Origin: an uncultured delta proteobacterium | Lineage (GTDB): Bacteria; Desulfobacterota; Binatia; DP-6 | Length of the DNA: 64,000 bases | Reading direction: 5' to 3' | Assembly (NCBI GenBank): GCA_963815115.1 | Contig: CAWFFN010000008.1 | Coordinates: 704,001 to 768,000, forward strand | Part shown: in pieces, positions 48,347-59,882 of the stretch | How positions within the stretch are numbered: the stretch's first letter is position 1 | Layout of the letters: each line of letters opens with the position of its first letter | Translations under genes and position numbers: made by a program | The notes under the pieces: generated by a model | Told to the model about the DNA's origin: nothing | What the model saw: the letters and a program-made list of their open reading frames with translations, nothing else | Database searches by the model: none

Positions 48347-49111
48347 GTGAAACCCGTTTGCCTGGTGATCGGTGCCGGTGCGGGCATCGGCGGAACTGTC
48401 GCCCGACGCTTCGCCCAGGAGGGCTATCACGCATGTCTGTGCCGTCGCAGTGACGCGGACGGATTGAATGGACTGGTGGACGCGATCAAGAGCGACGGAG
48501 GTTCGGCAACGGGCTTTCTCCTCAACGCCGTCGAGCCGAACTCCATCGAAGAGCGAGTTGCCGCCATCGAGGCCGGCATCGGTCCAATCGAAGTGGCGGT
48601 CTACAACCTGGGTGCCCAGATTGGCGACAGGGCGTTGAAGGACACGTCGCCCAAGGCTTTCGAAACAGGCTGGCGGCTGGGGACGTTTGCTCTCTTTCGC
48701 CTTGCGTCGGCCGTGTGCCCTCTGATGGAAGGGCGAGGCAAGGGGACGATCCTCGTGACCTCATCGACAGCGGCGATGCGTGGCAACGGGGGTCAACATT
48801 CGCATGCGGCTGCCATGGGGGGACGGCGAATGCTCTGCCAGTCACTCAATGCGGAGTTTGCGTCGAAGGGAATCCACGTCGTCCATATCGTGATCGACGG
48901 CGCCGTGGATGCGCCCGACACCCTGGGGAAGATGCTGGGACCAGAGAGGTTCCAAGCGCTGCGAGAGACCCGAGGCAAGGAACATGACGGCCTCATGCTT
49001 CCCACGCACATCGCGGAAACCTATGTCCACCTCGCGAAGCAACACCGATCCACGTGGACGCACGAGATCGACCTGCGGGCGTTCTCCGACCGCCCATGGT
49101 GGAATCACTGA
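48347..49111 (+). CDS. SDR-fold protein lacking YxxxK
   Basis: GAGAGIG; HAAAM at catalytic position; HVVHIVIDG. Confidence 0.85.
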   Translation: MKPVCLVIGAGAGIGGTVARRFAQEGYHACLCRRSDADGLNGLVDAIKSDGGSATGFLLNAVEPNSIEERVAAIEAGIGPIEVAVYNLGAQIGDRALKDTSPKAFETGWRLGTFALFRLASAVCPLMEGRGKGTILVTSSTAAMRGNGGQHSHAAAMGGRRMLCQSLNAEFASKGIHVVHIVIDGAVDAPDTLGKMLGPERFQALRETRGKEHDGLMLPTHIAETYVHLAKQHRSTWTHEIDLRAFSDRPWWNH

Positions 49112-49155
49112 GGGAAGCCAGCAACGCATGGAACGCAACCGGAGGTAGACGGAGC

Positions 49156-49935
49156 ATGACTCGATCCGACAAGCGCGACACGCAGCCTTCACGAGACGTT
49201 GCCATCATCGTCGGGGGTGGCCCCGGCATCAGCGCGAGCTGCGCCAGGCTATTCACGGACAGCGGCATGCGAGTCGGCATCGCAGCCAGGGACCCTGACA
49301 AACCGGTCCTGCAGAATCTCGAGAAGACGCACGGCGTGCGCCGCTACGCGTGCGATGCAAGCGAGCCTGCGGCCGTGGAGCTGCTCTTCCAGAGTGTCGT
49401 TCGAGACCTCGGGGCTCCCACCCTCGTCGTCCACAACATCGACGGTCGGATGCTCGGTATCTTTCGGAAGGGGATCACCGAAGCCGACCCGAGCATGGCG
49501 CTCGAGACTCTGAGAAACTCGGCGTTCAGCGCGTTCCTGGTAGGTCAGCAGGCGGCTCGGCTGATGCGCGAGAACGAACCCGATGCCAACGGCGCAAAAG
49601 GAACGATCATCTTCACCAACGCCAGCGCGGCGCTGAAAGGCTTCCCGTTGAGCGGTGCCTTCGCGATGGCGTGTCAGGCCAAGGCAGGACTTGCACAGAG
49701 CATGGCAAGGGAACTGATGCCGGAGGGCATCCACGTCGCGAATGTGCCGATCGATGCCGCGATCGGATGGACGCAGGAAGACGGCACGCGCGCGCACCGA
49801 CTGGCAGGGACGAGCGTCGACGACAACATGGCCGACCCGGACTACATCGCGGAGGCCTACCTGCAGCTGCATCGGCAGCACCGGTCGACGTGGGCGTTCG
49901 AGGTTGTGCTGCGACCGTGGGTCGAGAAATGGTGA
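49156..49935 (+). CDS. SDR-fold protein lacking YxxxK
   Basis: GGGPGIS; FAMAC at catalytic position; QHRSTWAFE. Confidence 0.85.
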   Translation: MTRSDKRDTQPSRDVAIIVGGGPGISASCARLFTDSGMRVGIAARDPDKPVLQNLEKTHGVRRYACDASEPAAVELLFQSVVRDLGAPTLVVHNIDGRMLGIFRKGITEADPSMALETLRNSAFSAFLVGQQAARLMRENEPDANGAKGTIIFTNASAALKGFPLSGAFAMACQAKAGLAQSMARELMPEGIHVANVPIDAAIGWTQEDGTRAHRLAGTSVDDNMADPDYIAEAYLQLHRQHRSTWAFEVVLRPWVEKW

Positions 49936-49939
49936 TGGA

Positions 49940-50434
49940 TCAACCGTCGATCTTGTCCGAGGCGTTCTTGTGCCCCGACCATTTCGGCAGGCCGTCATCG
50001 ACGTCGACGACGCGCTGTCCGTAGAAGATGTGGCAGGTCGGCCGAAAAGCTTTGGGAACCTCGCCCTTCGCGCCGAAATCGAAGAGCGTCGGGAACGCGA
50101 GCCACATGCGCCGCCCTTCGTCGGCGATCGGCGTGCCGCAAAGCGCGCAGCTCACTTTGCAAGGAGGCACGCGCCCGGGCCGGTCGAGCCCGCCGGAATA
50201 GAAGCGGAGATGCTCGATCCCGCGAACCATTCGGACATGGCGCTTCGTGAAGATCGCGGCCCACTGCATGGGGGCACCGTGCAATGTCTGGCAGTTCCGG
50301 CAGTGGCAGATCTTGGCATCCACCGGATCGGCGCCGACCTCGTAGCAGACCGCGCCGCAATGGCAGCGTGCGCGGTAGCGCGCGACGAACGTCTCGTCGT
50401 CGACCGTGGCGTAGTCGGGACCGAGATCGCTCAT
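49940..50434 (-). CDS. GFA/Mss4-like Zn-binding protein
   Basis: CHCGAV..CHCRNCQ..CALCGTP..PTCHIFY. Confidence 0.85.
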   Translation of the reverse strand: MSDLGPDYATVDDETFVARYRARCHCGAVCYEVGADPVDAKICHCRNCQTLHGAPMQWAAIFTKRHVRMVRGIEHLRFYSGGLDRPGRVPPCKVSCALCGTPIADEGRRMWLAFPTLFDFGAKGEVPKAFRPTCHIFYGQRVVDVDDGLPKWSGHKNASDKIDG

Positions 50435-50492
50435 CGCCGTCTTGATTCGTTGGATAGCGGTCGTCCTGCTTACCGCCGAGGAGAATGCGTTC

Positions 50493-50951
50493 ATGCCTGA
50501 GATCACCCTCGACGTCTACAAGGCAATGGTTGGTCAAGAGGTGGGCGTCTCTCGCTGGATCCAGGTGGCGCAGGACCGCATCGACACCTTTGCGGATGTG
50601 ACCGAGGACCACCAGTTCATCCACGTGGATCCGGAGCGTGCCAAGGCGACGCCGTTCGGTGGCACGGTCGCGCACGGCTTCCTGACCATATCTCTGCTTG
50701 CGCCGATGGCCTTCGACGCCCAGCCGACCCTTGCCGGAACGGTGATGGTCGTGAACTACGGCTTCGACCGTCTGCGCCTCATCGCTCCGGTCCGCGCGGG
50801 GAGTCGCATCCGCGGACGCTTCGTGCTCAAGGAAGTGGTGGACCGCGGGCCAAAGGAGATCATGGCCAAGACACAGGTGACCGTAGAGATCGAGGGCGGC
50901 GACAAGCCGGCCCTGGTGGCGGATCTGCTCGGCCTCACCCGTTTCGCCTGA
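50493..50951 (+). CDS. MaoC-family dehydratase
   Basis: FADVTEDHQFIHVD..GTVAHGFLT..NYGFDRLR. Confidence 0.92.
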   Translation: MPEITLDVYKAMVGQEVGVSRWIQVAQDRIDTFADVTEDHQFIHVDPERAKATPFGGTVAHGFLTISLLAPMAFDAQPTLAGTVMVVNYGFDRLRLIAPVRAGSRIRGRFVLKEVVDRGPKEIMAKTQVTVEIEGGDKPALVADLLGLTRFA

Positions 50952-51024
50952 TCGCTGTCCGTCATGCTTGCTGACAATCGATGACGAGCGTCGTCAAAAG
51001 CGAGATTGGCCGCTGCTGCTACAA

Positions 51025-51290
51025 CCCCGCCCCCTCTTCGACGCCTTCTGGAGCGAGGGGCTCGACGTGAATGACCGAGCGGTGTTGGCGAGGCGACTCG
51101 ACGCGGCGGGGCTCGACGCAAGGCGCTGCTCGAAACGGCCGATGCCGCGGAGCACGCCGAGCGGCTCGAGAAGAACATGAGGCTCGCCGGCGATCGCGGC
51201 GTTTTCGGGTCCCCGACCTTCATCGTCGGTGAAGACGTGTTCTTCGGCAACGACCGGCTCGAGTTTCTCGAAGAGCGACTCCGGAGCTGA
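51025..51290 (+). pseudogene. DsbA / 2-hydroxychromene-2-carboxylate isomerase C-terminal remnant
   Basis: LFDAFWSEG..RGVFGSPTFIVGEDVFFGNDRL across a frameshift. Confidence 0.75.
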
Positions 51291-51319
51291 CGCTGGCGGC
51301 GCACGGAAAGGAGCAACCG

Positions 51320-52030
51320 GTGAAAGAGAACCGTCCCGTCGCGTTGATCACCGGCGCAGGCCCAGGCACCGGAGCCGCGATGGCCCGCCGATTCGCCCGC
51401 GGCGGCTACTCGGTTGCGATGCTCGCCCGGAGCCGAGAGAGGCTGGACGCGCTCGAGCGCGAGATCGAGCACTCGCGCGGCTATGCCTGCGACGTGACCG
51501 ACGAAGCGCAGCTCGACGCCACGATCGAGCGAGTGCGCGCGGAGCTTGGCCCGCCGAGGGTCCTGATCCACAACGCCGTGGGCGGCGCCTTCGGCACGTT
51601 CCTCGAGATCGAGCCCGAGGTGCTGAATCGGAATTTCCAGGTCAACACGATGGCGCTTCTCCATCTGGCCCGGCGACTGGCGCCCGCGATGATCGACGCG
51701 GAGGAAGGAGCCATCATCGTCACCGGGAACACGTCGGCGCTGCGAGGGAAGGCGAAGTTCGCCGGCTTTGCGCCGACCAAGGCGGCGCAACGGATCCTCG
51801 CCGAGGCGATCGCTCGCGAGGTCGGGCCGAAAGGCGTGCACGTCGCGTATGTCGTGATCGACGCCGTCATCGACCTCGAATGGACGCGAGCGATGGTTTC
51901 GAAGCTGGCAGGAGACCCTTTCTTCATCCAGCCCTCCGCGATCGCCGAAGAGGTGTGGCACGTGGCCCAGCAGGAGCGGTCCGCGTGGTCGTTCAACGTC
52001 GAGATCCGGCCGTTCGCGGAGCCGTGGTGA
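51320..52030 (+). CDS. SDR-fold protein with Phe in place of catalytic Tyr
   Basis: TGAGPGTG; FAPTK; HVAYVVIDA. Confidence 0.85.
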   Translation: MKENRPVALITGAGPGTGAAMARRFARGGYSVAMLARSRERLDALEREIEHSRGYACDVTDEAQLDATIERVRAELGPPRVLIHNAVGGAFGTFLEIEPEVLNRNFQVNTMALLHLARRLAPAMIDAEEGAIIVTGNTSALRGKAKFAGFAPTKAAQRILAEAIAREVGPKGVHVAYVVIDAVIDLEWTRAMVSKLAGDPFFIQPSAIAEEVWHVAQQERSAWSFNVEIRPFAEPW

Positions 52031-52037
52031 GGACGTC

Positions 52038-52838
52038 ATGAGCCAGCTTCGGATATTCTCGTACCTGCCGAACCCACGGATCTGGAAGGCGACGATCGCC
52101 GCTCGCCTATGCGGCGTGGAGATCGAAGTCCGCGGAGCGCCGCCCACCGAGCTCCAGTCCTGGCTCTGGGACTTCGACGCGCGGCCGCTCTTGCCGGCCG
52201 ACGACTCCGAGCCCGCGGGCGAGCAGATCGGTCGAACCGGCTTCAAGGGAGTGAAGCTGCGGAAGACCCGCGCCTTTCTCGAAGCGCATCCGTTCGGCAC
52301 CGTCCCGGCCGCGTTCAGCCCGGACGGCACCATCGGCATCTTCGAGTCGAACAGCATCATGCGAGCGGTCGCCCGGCTCGGCGAGGGACGCTTCCCGCTC
52401 TACGGGCAGGATCCCTACGAGGCGTCGCGTGTAGACAGCTTCCTCGACGCGAGTCTCGTCTTCGCTCGCGATGCGCAGACGTACTTGCTGTCGCTGCTCG
52501 ATGGATCCGTCTCTGCCGAGATTCAATCGCGAGCCCAGGATGCTCTCGCCACCTATCTCGGCGGGATCAGCCTGGCGCTCCTTCCGGAGCGCCACTTCTT
52601 GGTCGGCGAGAAGATCACTCTCGCCGACATCTGCTTCGTCGCCGAGCTCGCGCTCTTCTCGAACGAGCGAGCACGGAGAGACGTGCTCGAACGACGAGGC
52701 CTCTCGCCAGTCCTCGACGGGATGAGGAGCGACGCGGGGTACACCCGGGCCTTCGCGCATTTCGATCGCTTGCGGAAGCATCCCGCGTTCGCCCCCGACG
52801 TCGAGCCGTATCTCGAAAAGATCGACCGTACGGCTTAG
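52038..52838 (+). CDS. Glutathione S-transferase family protein
   Basis: PFGTVP, IFESNSI, FLVGEKITLADI. Confidence 0.85.
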   Translation: MSQLRIFSYLPNPRIWKATIAARLCGVEIEVRGAPPTELQSWLWDFDARPLLPADDSEPAGEQIGRTGFKGVKLRKTRAFLEAHPFGTVPAAFSPDGTIGIFESNSIMRAVARLGEGRFPLYGQDPYEASRVDSFLDASLVFARDAQTYLLSLLDGSVSAEIQSRAQDALATYLGGISLALLPERHFLVGEKITLADICFVAELALFSNERARRDVLERRGLSPVLDGMRSDAGYTRAFAHFDRLRKHPAFAPDVEPYLEKIDRTA

Positions 52839-52901
52839 CGAGACGCGCATGCCTCGTGACGACCGACGCGTGGTCAAGTTCCTCTTCACTACGGCGACAC
52901 C

Positions 52902-53144
52902 ATGAGCCACGACGTACCGCCGGCCGGCTTTGAGCCTCACGACCGCAAGAGCCCACTGACGGCGCCGTGGGAGCCGATCTACTGCAACGCGAATGGCGAC
53001 TGGGTCGTTCTGGGCGTCGAAATCCGCGCGGCGCACACGAACACTCGGGGCCTGGTGCACGGTGGATTCGTTGCCGCGCTGCTCGACAACGTCATGGGGT
53101 CGCACCACCTCGGTTACGAGGTCACGCTCCGCCCCGCCGCCTGA
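52902..53144 (+). pseudogene. PaaI thioesterase, truncated
   Basis: HTNTRGLVHGGFVAALLDNVMG then premature end. Confidence 0.7.
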
Positions 53145-53422
53145 CGCCGCGTACCGAGCGAGTTACTTGGTAGAACCCCGGTGGGCCAAGCATCTAGCGA
53201 ATTCACCGAACGTCCGGTCGCTCGCTCTCCTCGGTCCCATAGAAGACAAAGGGTTCCTTCACCCTTGACGGCCCCGGGTCGTCGCTCGTTACGGCGCCTG
53301 CAAGAGGCCGTGGCAGGATGGGCCGCCACGGCCGGGGCTCGCTCGAAGTGCCGAGAAGACGTCGAGCTGGGGGCGCCGAACTGTCTTCGATGCCGATGTC
53401 AGGCCATCGCCGCGTCTCGCGC

Positions 53423-54310
53423 CTACGCGAGCGCCCGCGCCCACGTCTCCTCGCCGATGACGAGGAGGCCGACGCCGTTCGCTTCACGGGCGTGCTTCTC
53501 GGCGCCCCGGCCGCCCATGACGAGCCGCGTCCCGCGCGGCAGCTGCCGCGCCACCTCGCGCAGGACGCTCCGGAAGACGCGAGCTCCAGGATCCTGCACG
53601 CACGAGAGCGCGACGATGTCGGGCCGAAGCTCCCGCACGACGCGCGCCAGGTCCAGCTGCGGCGTGCGTGCGCCGACGTACGTCACCCGGAACCCGGCCT
53701 GGCGGAAGCGGAGCGCCGCACCCAGGAGCCCAATCTCGTGCGGCTCCTCCGGGAAGCACGCGCAGACGACATGTCGCCGCCCGCCGGCCGGCGCCGCGTG
53801 AAGGAGCTGGACGAGCCGCGAGCGGACGGCGTGGCTCACGAGATGCTCTTCCGCGACGCCGAGGCTTCCCGCGTGCCAGCGCTCTCCGATCTGGCGTTCG
53901 ACGCTCACCATCAGCCGCTCGTACACGACGAGCGGAGGCAGAGCGGCGAGCGCGTGGTCGAGCACCGCCTCTACCGTCCGCTGGTCGAGGCGTCTGGCCG
54001 CCGCGATGATGTCACGCTCGTACAGGCGGACCTGGTCGCCGTCCGCGCTGGCGAGCGCCGCCGACGTGCCCCGTCCGGCCGTCTCCTCGCCACCATCCGC
54101 GGCGAGCTGCACCGCCTCGCTGATCGGAACGCCGTCTTCCGTGAGCTCGCGGAGCCGGAGCAGGAGCCGGATGTCGTCCTCGGTGTACGCGCGGTAGCCG
54201 CCCGCGGTCCGCGGCGGCACTGGCACCCCGTAGCGGCGCTCCCAGGCGCGGATCACGTGCTCCGACAGCCCGGTGCGCGAGGCGGCCTCGCCGATGCGAT
54301 ACCGCCTCAT
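53423..54310 (-). CDS. carH: CarH/LitR-type B12-dependent MerR photoregulator
   Basis: IRAWERRYG, GGYRAY; W-x9-EH (WHAGSLGVAEEH) and E-x-H-x2-G (EPHEIG). Confidence 0.85.
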   Translation of the reverse strand: MRRYRIGEAASRTGLSEHVIRAWERRYGVPVPPRTAGGYRAYTEDDIRLLLRLRELTEDGVPISEAVQLAADGGEETAGRGTSAALASADGDQVRLYERDIIAAARRLDQRTVEAVLDHALAALPPLVVYERLMVSVERQIGERWHAGSLGVAEEHLVSHAVRSRLVQLLHAAPAGGRRHVVCACFPEEPHEIGLLGAALRFRQAGFRVTYVGARTPQLDLARVVRELRPDIVALSCVQDPGARVFRSVLREVARQLPRGTRLVMGGRGAEKHAREANGVGLLVIGEETWARALA

Positions 54311-54335
54311 GCCCCGGCCTGTGCCCGGGAGCGCA

Positions 54336-55609
<1,274 letters not shown>

Positions 55610-55634
<25 letters not shown>

Positions 55635-56503
55635 ACCGTGGCGGCCGCGAGGGCGAGCTTCCGGCGCCCGGGGACGACGGCGCGTCGGCGAAAGACGTCG
55701 TAGTCCCGCTCCGTGATGACGCGGAGGATGTCCCGGTAGAAGACGGCCATCAGCCCGACGGCGAGCCGCGCGCGGGCGCCGGCGAGGTGGGGGATGCCAG
55801 GGAGGGCGCGCGCGTAGCCGGCGCGGGCACGGGCGATCTGGGCCCGCATGAAGGCGCGGAAGCGGTCGTCGACGCGTCCCGCATGCAGGTCGCCCTCCTC
55901 GAGCCCGGCGGCGCGGAGCTCGTCGAGCGGCAGGTAGAGGCGGCCGCGCGCAAGATCCTCGCCGATGTCGCGCAGGATGTTGGTGAGCTGCATGGCCCGG
56001 CCGAGCTCGTCCGCGTAGCGGAGGGCGGCGGGATCGCCGTAGCCGAGCACGGGTGCGAGCATCAGCCCCACCGTGCCCGCGACCCGGTGGCAGTAGAGGT
56101 CGAGCTCGGCGAAGGACGCGTACCGGGTCTTGACGAGGTCCATCTCGACGCCGTCGACCAGCGTCAGGAGCGGCTCGACCGGGATGCGGTGGCGGGCGAT
56201 CGTGTCCCTGAGCGCCGCGAGCTCGTGCGGGTGCCAGGGCGCGGATGCGACCGGCGACGTCCGCCCTCCGCCGAGCGCGCGCACCACGCGGCGCATCCTG
56301 TCGAGCCGCAGCCCGACGGTCGAACGGTCGCTCCCCTCCGGCTCGTCCACGAGGTCGTCGAGACGGCGGCAGAAGGCGTAGAGCGCCATCGCCGATCGCC
56401 GGCGCTCCGCATCGAGGCAGAAGGCCGCGGCGAAGAAGCTCCGCGCGTGCGCGCGCGTGACGCCCCGGCAGCGGCGATGGCCATCACGCAGCGCCGCCGT
56501 CAT
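55610..56503 (-). CDS. crtB: Phytoene synthase
   Basis: CRRLDDLVD, YCHRVAGTVG, QLTNILRDIGED..GRLYLP. Confidence 0.93.
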
Positions 56504-58011
56504 GCCGCCTCGCCGCTCGTCACGGCATCCAGGTGGCGTACGATCCGTTCGGTCACGAGCCGCGCCGAGAGCATGACCATCGGGAGGCCCGTCCCCGGCT
56601 GCGTCGAGGCGCCGACGAAGAACAGGTTCGGGACGTTCGCGTCCTGGTTGCGCGGCCGGAACGGGCCGACCTGGAAGAAGTCGTGCGAGAGACCGAAGGC
56701 GGCGCCGCGCTCGAGGTTCAGCTCCGACTCCCAGTCGTCGGGGGTGAACTGCCGCTCGACCACGACGTGCTCGGCGACGTCCGGGCAGCCGATGTCCGCG
56801 AGCCGCGCGAGCACTTGTGCGCGCAGTCGCGGACCCTCGACCGCCCAGTCGAGCCCGGGGCGGCGATGGGGGACCGGGACGAGAACGTAGATGTTGTCAC
56901 CGCCGGGCGGCGCGCAGCCGGGATCGGTGCGCGCCGAGACGTTCACGTAGAAGCTCGGGTCCGCCGGCACCCGGAAGCGCTCGAAGATGTCATCGAACGC
57001 CCCGCGGTAGTCGCTCCCGAAGAGCACGTTGTGGTGGAGCAGCGCCGGGTAGCTCTTGCTCGTGCCGAGGTACAGCATGAACGCGCTCGACGTGTAGCGC
57101 AGCCGATCGGCGTGCCGGAGGGTCGTCTCCCGCGGGTCGATGAGATTCCGGTACGCCCACGGGAGGTCGGCGTTGCACAGGACCACCTCCGCCGGCACGA
57201 AGGTGCCGTCGGCGAGCTGGAGCCCGCGCGCCCGCCGATTCTCGATCGCGATCCTCGCGACCGGCGCGCCGTAGTGGACCCGGACGCCGAGCTCGACGGC
57301 GAGCCGGGCGAGCGCCAGCGGAAGGGCATGCAGCCCGCCGCGCGGATACCAGATGCCTCCGGCGAGCTCGGTGTAGGGCAAGAGTCCGTAGACGGCGGGA
57401 CTCCGGAACGGGGAGATGCCGAGGTACATCGTCTGGAAGGTCAGCGCGGCACGCAGGCGATCGTCGCGAAAGTAGCGCGCCACCTCGGGATACATCCGGC
57501 GATGCGCCCGGACCGCGAGGATGCCACGCAGGTTCGCGGGGGTGAGGAACTGCCCCAGATGGTCGAAGTTGCGGCCGACGAAGCGGTCGAGCGACGTCCG
57601 GTACTGCACGTGCCCGCGGGCGAGGAGCGCGAGGTAGCGCGGGAAGCTCCCCGGCTCGACGCGCTCGAGCTCGCGTGCCATGCGCTCCAGGTCGGACGTG
57701 AACGTGAGCGCCGAGCCGTCCCGGAAGTGGATGCGATAGTTGGGGTCGCACCGCTCGAGCGTCAGGTAGTCATCGAGACGGCGGCCGCCGGCGGCGAACG
57801 TCTCCTCGAGCACTTCCGGCATGAGGAGGAGCGTCGGTCCCGTGTCGAAGGTGAAGCCGCCGAGCTCGAGACGCCCACACCGTCCGCCGGGAGCGTCGCC
57901 GCGCTCGAACATCTCCACCGCGAAGCCCGCGTGCGCGAGCCGGACCGCGGCGGCCAGGCCACCCACCCCCGCTCCGATGACCGCGACCCGGCCTCTCGTC
58001 GTGCGCGTCAT
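56500..58011 (-). CDS. crtI: Phytoene desaturase
   Basis: IGAGVGGL, FTFDTGPT, NLFFVGASTQPGTGLPMV. Confidence 0.93.
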   Translation of the reverse strand: MTRTTRGRVAVIGAGVGGLAAAVRLAHAGFAVEMFERGDAPGGRCGRLELGGFTFDTGPTLLLMPEVLEETFAAGGRRLDDYLTLERCDPNYRIHFRDGSALTFTSDLERMARELERVEPGSFPRYLALLARGHVQYRTSLDRFVGRNFDHLGQFLTPANLRGILAVRAHRRMYPEVARYFRDDRLRAALTFQTMYLGISPFRSPAVYGLLPYTELAGGIWYPRGGLHALPLALARLAVELGVRVHYGAPVARIAIENRRARGLQLADGTFVPAEVVLCNADLPWAYRNLIDPRETTLRHADRLRYTSSAFMLYLGTSKSYPALLHHNVLFGSDYRGAFDDIFERFRVPADPSFYVNVSARTDPGCAPPGGDNIYVLVPVPHRRPGLDWAVEGPRLRAQVLARLADIGCPDVAEHVVVERQFTPDDWESELNLERGAAFGLSHDFFQVGPFRPRNQDANVPNLFFVGASTQPGTGLPMVMLSARLVTERIVRHLDAVTSGEAA

Positions 58012-58024
58012 GCCACATCTCCCT

Positions 58025-59080
58025 TCATCGGACGACGGTCTCCAGGATTTCCTCGAGCGCCGCCCGCATCCCGCCAGTGTCGGGCAGCATCCGCGTCCAG
58101 TGACGCGCCGTGCGCGTCGCCCCCGCGATCGCCTGCTCGGCGACGCGCCGGCCGCCGTGGTTCTCGACCAGGCCCCGCATCTCGGCGGTGGCCGCGGGCT
58201 CGGCGGCGGCCGCCTCCCACAGCGCCTCCAGCCGGTGCCGGACCGACGCGGGCGCCTGCGCGTATGCGGCGAGCACCGGCAGCGTCAGCTTGCGCGCCTC
58301 GAGGTCGCGGACCGGCTTCGCCGCGGCGGCGGAGTTCCCGAACAGGCCGGTCAGGTCGTCGCGCAGCTGGTAGGCGAGCCCCGCCGCGTGGCCGACGCGC
58401 TCGAGGGCGTCGACGAGGCGGGTCGCGCCGCCCCCGAGCCGGGCCCCGGCGACGAGCGGTGCGACGAAGCTGTAGCGCGACGTCTTGAGGGCGGCAATCC
58501 GGATGGCCTGCAACGGCCGGGCAGCAGCGAGTTCGGCGCCGGAGAGCTCGAGATCGAGATATTGACCCGCCGCCGTCTCGCGACAGACGCCCAGATAGTA
58601 CCGCACGACCGCGGGCGTCGCCGGGAGATTGCACCCCAGCATGAGATCGACGGCGAGCGCGAACAGGTGGTCGCCGACCACGATCGCGAGGTCCTCGCCC
58701 CTTCTCCCCCCGCCGAGGCAGCGGTGCAGCGCGGGCCCGCCGCGGCGCGTGTCGGCGCCGTCCGCGACGTCGTCGTGGACGAGCAGGAAGGTGTGCAGGA
58801 GCTCCACGCCGATCGCGAAGGACCAGAGCCCTTCCGGCACGGATCCCTTGCGGCGCGCGAGCCCGTGGCCGATCGCCAGCAAGGCGGGCCGCAGTCGCTT
58901 CGCGGGCCGGAGCGCGTAGTACCGCGTCTCCTTCAGCGCACGCCCCCAGCGTGCCTCGAGTGCGCGCTCCGCCGGCAGCTCGAGGACCCGCCCGAGTCTG
59001 CGCTCGAGGTCGGCCTGGAAGTCCGCGAGCCACGACGTGTGATCGAACCAATCCGACCTTGCCTGCTGGGCTGCGTTCAT
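58025..59080 (-). CDS. crtE: Geranylgeranyl diphosphate synthase
   Basis: KRLRP, LVHDDVAD..RRG, GQYLD, KTSRYS, YQLRDD. Confidence 0.9.
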   Translation of the reverse strand: MNAAQQARSDWFDHTSWLADFQADLERRLGRVLELPAERALEARWGRALKETRYYALRPAKRLRPALLAIGHGLARRKGSVPEGLWSFAIGVELLHTFLLVHDDVADGADTRRGGPALHRCLGGGRRGEDLAIVVGDHLFALAVDLMLGCNLPATPAVVRYYLGVCRETAAGQYLDLELSGAELAAARPLQAIRIAALKTSRYSFVAPLVAGARLGGGATRLVDALERVGHAAGLAYQLRDDLTGLFGNSAAAAKPVRDLEARKLTLPVLAAYAQAPASVRHRLEALWEAAAAEPAATAEMRGLVENHGGRRVAEQAIAGATRTARHWTRMLPDTGGMRAALEEILETVVR

Positions 59081-59088
59081 GAAGGCGT

Positions 59089-59128
59089 TGTCTAGTCTTG
59101 TGTCCAAGGCTTGTCAAGAGTATGTAGA
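59089..59128. promoter_or_regulatory. CarH-type operator over divergent promoters
   Basis: Minus strand TCTACA, TTGACA, TGGACA, TAGACA at 11, 11 and 12 bp spacing. Confidence 0.75.
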
Positions 59129-59135
59129 GGCCATC

Positions 59136-59882
59136 ATGCCCCGACACGGCACCCTCGCGCTTCCAATCGCGATGACACTCGCCGTCGTCGCCGGGCGCGT
59201 CGAGGCCGTGTTGCCGCTCGCTGCCGGGACCTACCGGCTGGAGATGCGCTTCGGGAGCCACGCCGACCTGCCCTTCGTCGGCGCGGTGCGGTCGACCACC
59301 GTCTCGACGTCCCTCGTCGACATCCGCGCGCGAGACGGCGCGCTCGAGCAGACGCACCGGGTGTGCGACGCGCACCTCGAGGGCGCCGCGCCCGGCGTGC
59401 GGGTCGAGATGCCGTCGCGTTTCATCGCGGCGCTCGGCACGCACTCCTACCCGATCGCGGTGTCGTGGGACGGCGCCGGATGGCGCTACCATGCCGATCT
59501 CGGGATGGAGTACGTCGGCTGGCACCCCGACGACGACGCCCCGCTCCCCGGGAGCCCGGACGATCCCGGTGTCTACGACTGGGACGGCGACGGCCGGCCG
59601 GCCGCGACGCTCCGCCTGATCTTGCCGATCCTCCCCGCGGGTGAGCTCTACGTCGTGCAGCGCGCCCACTCCGTGCTCGACGGCCGCATGGTCGCGCTAG
59701 ACCGCGTCGAGGGACGGATCGACCTCCCGCTCTTCGAGCAGGCCGTCATCGGAGCACGCCCCGGATTCCTGCGCCGCTCGCCCCGGGCGACGCAGGACCC
59801 CGAACGCAGCCGGTTCGTACTCGAACGCGTTGCGACGGGAACAGCGTGTCCCGACCTCGTGGAAGCACGGAGCGGCCGGTGA
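59136..59882 (+). CDS. Secreted hypothetical protein
   Basis: Signal peptide TLALPIAMTLAVVAGRVEA; DWDGDGRP motif; GTGA overlap with next gene. Confidence 0.7.
   Translation: MPRHGTLALPIAMTLAVVAGRVEAVLPLAAGTYRLEMRFGSHADLPFVGAVRSTTVSTSLVDIRARDGALEQTHRVCDAHLEGAAPGVRVEMPSRFIAALGTHSYPIAVSWDGAGWRYHADLGMEYVGWHPDDDAPLPGSPDDPGVYDWDGDGRPAATLRLILPILPAGELYVVQRAHSVLDGRMVALDRVEGRIDLPLFEQAVIGARPGFLRRSPRATQDPERSRFVLERVATGTACPDLVEARSGR

Noticed and set aside
53165-53185. Possible tRNA/tmRNA 3'-end att on the minus strand near the truncated PaaI gene
   Set aside because: Only a short ACCA-ending resemblance with no T-arm
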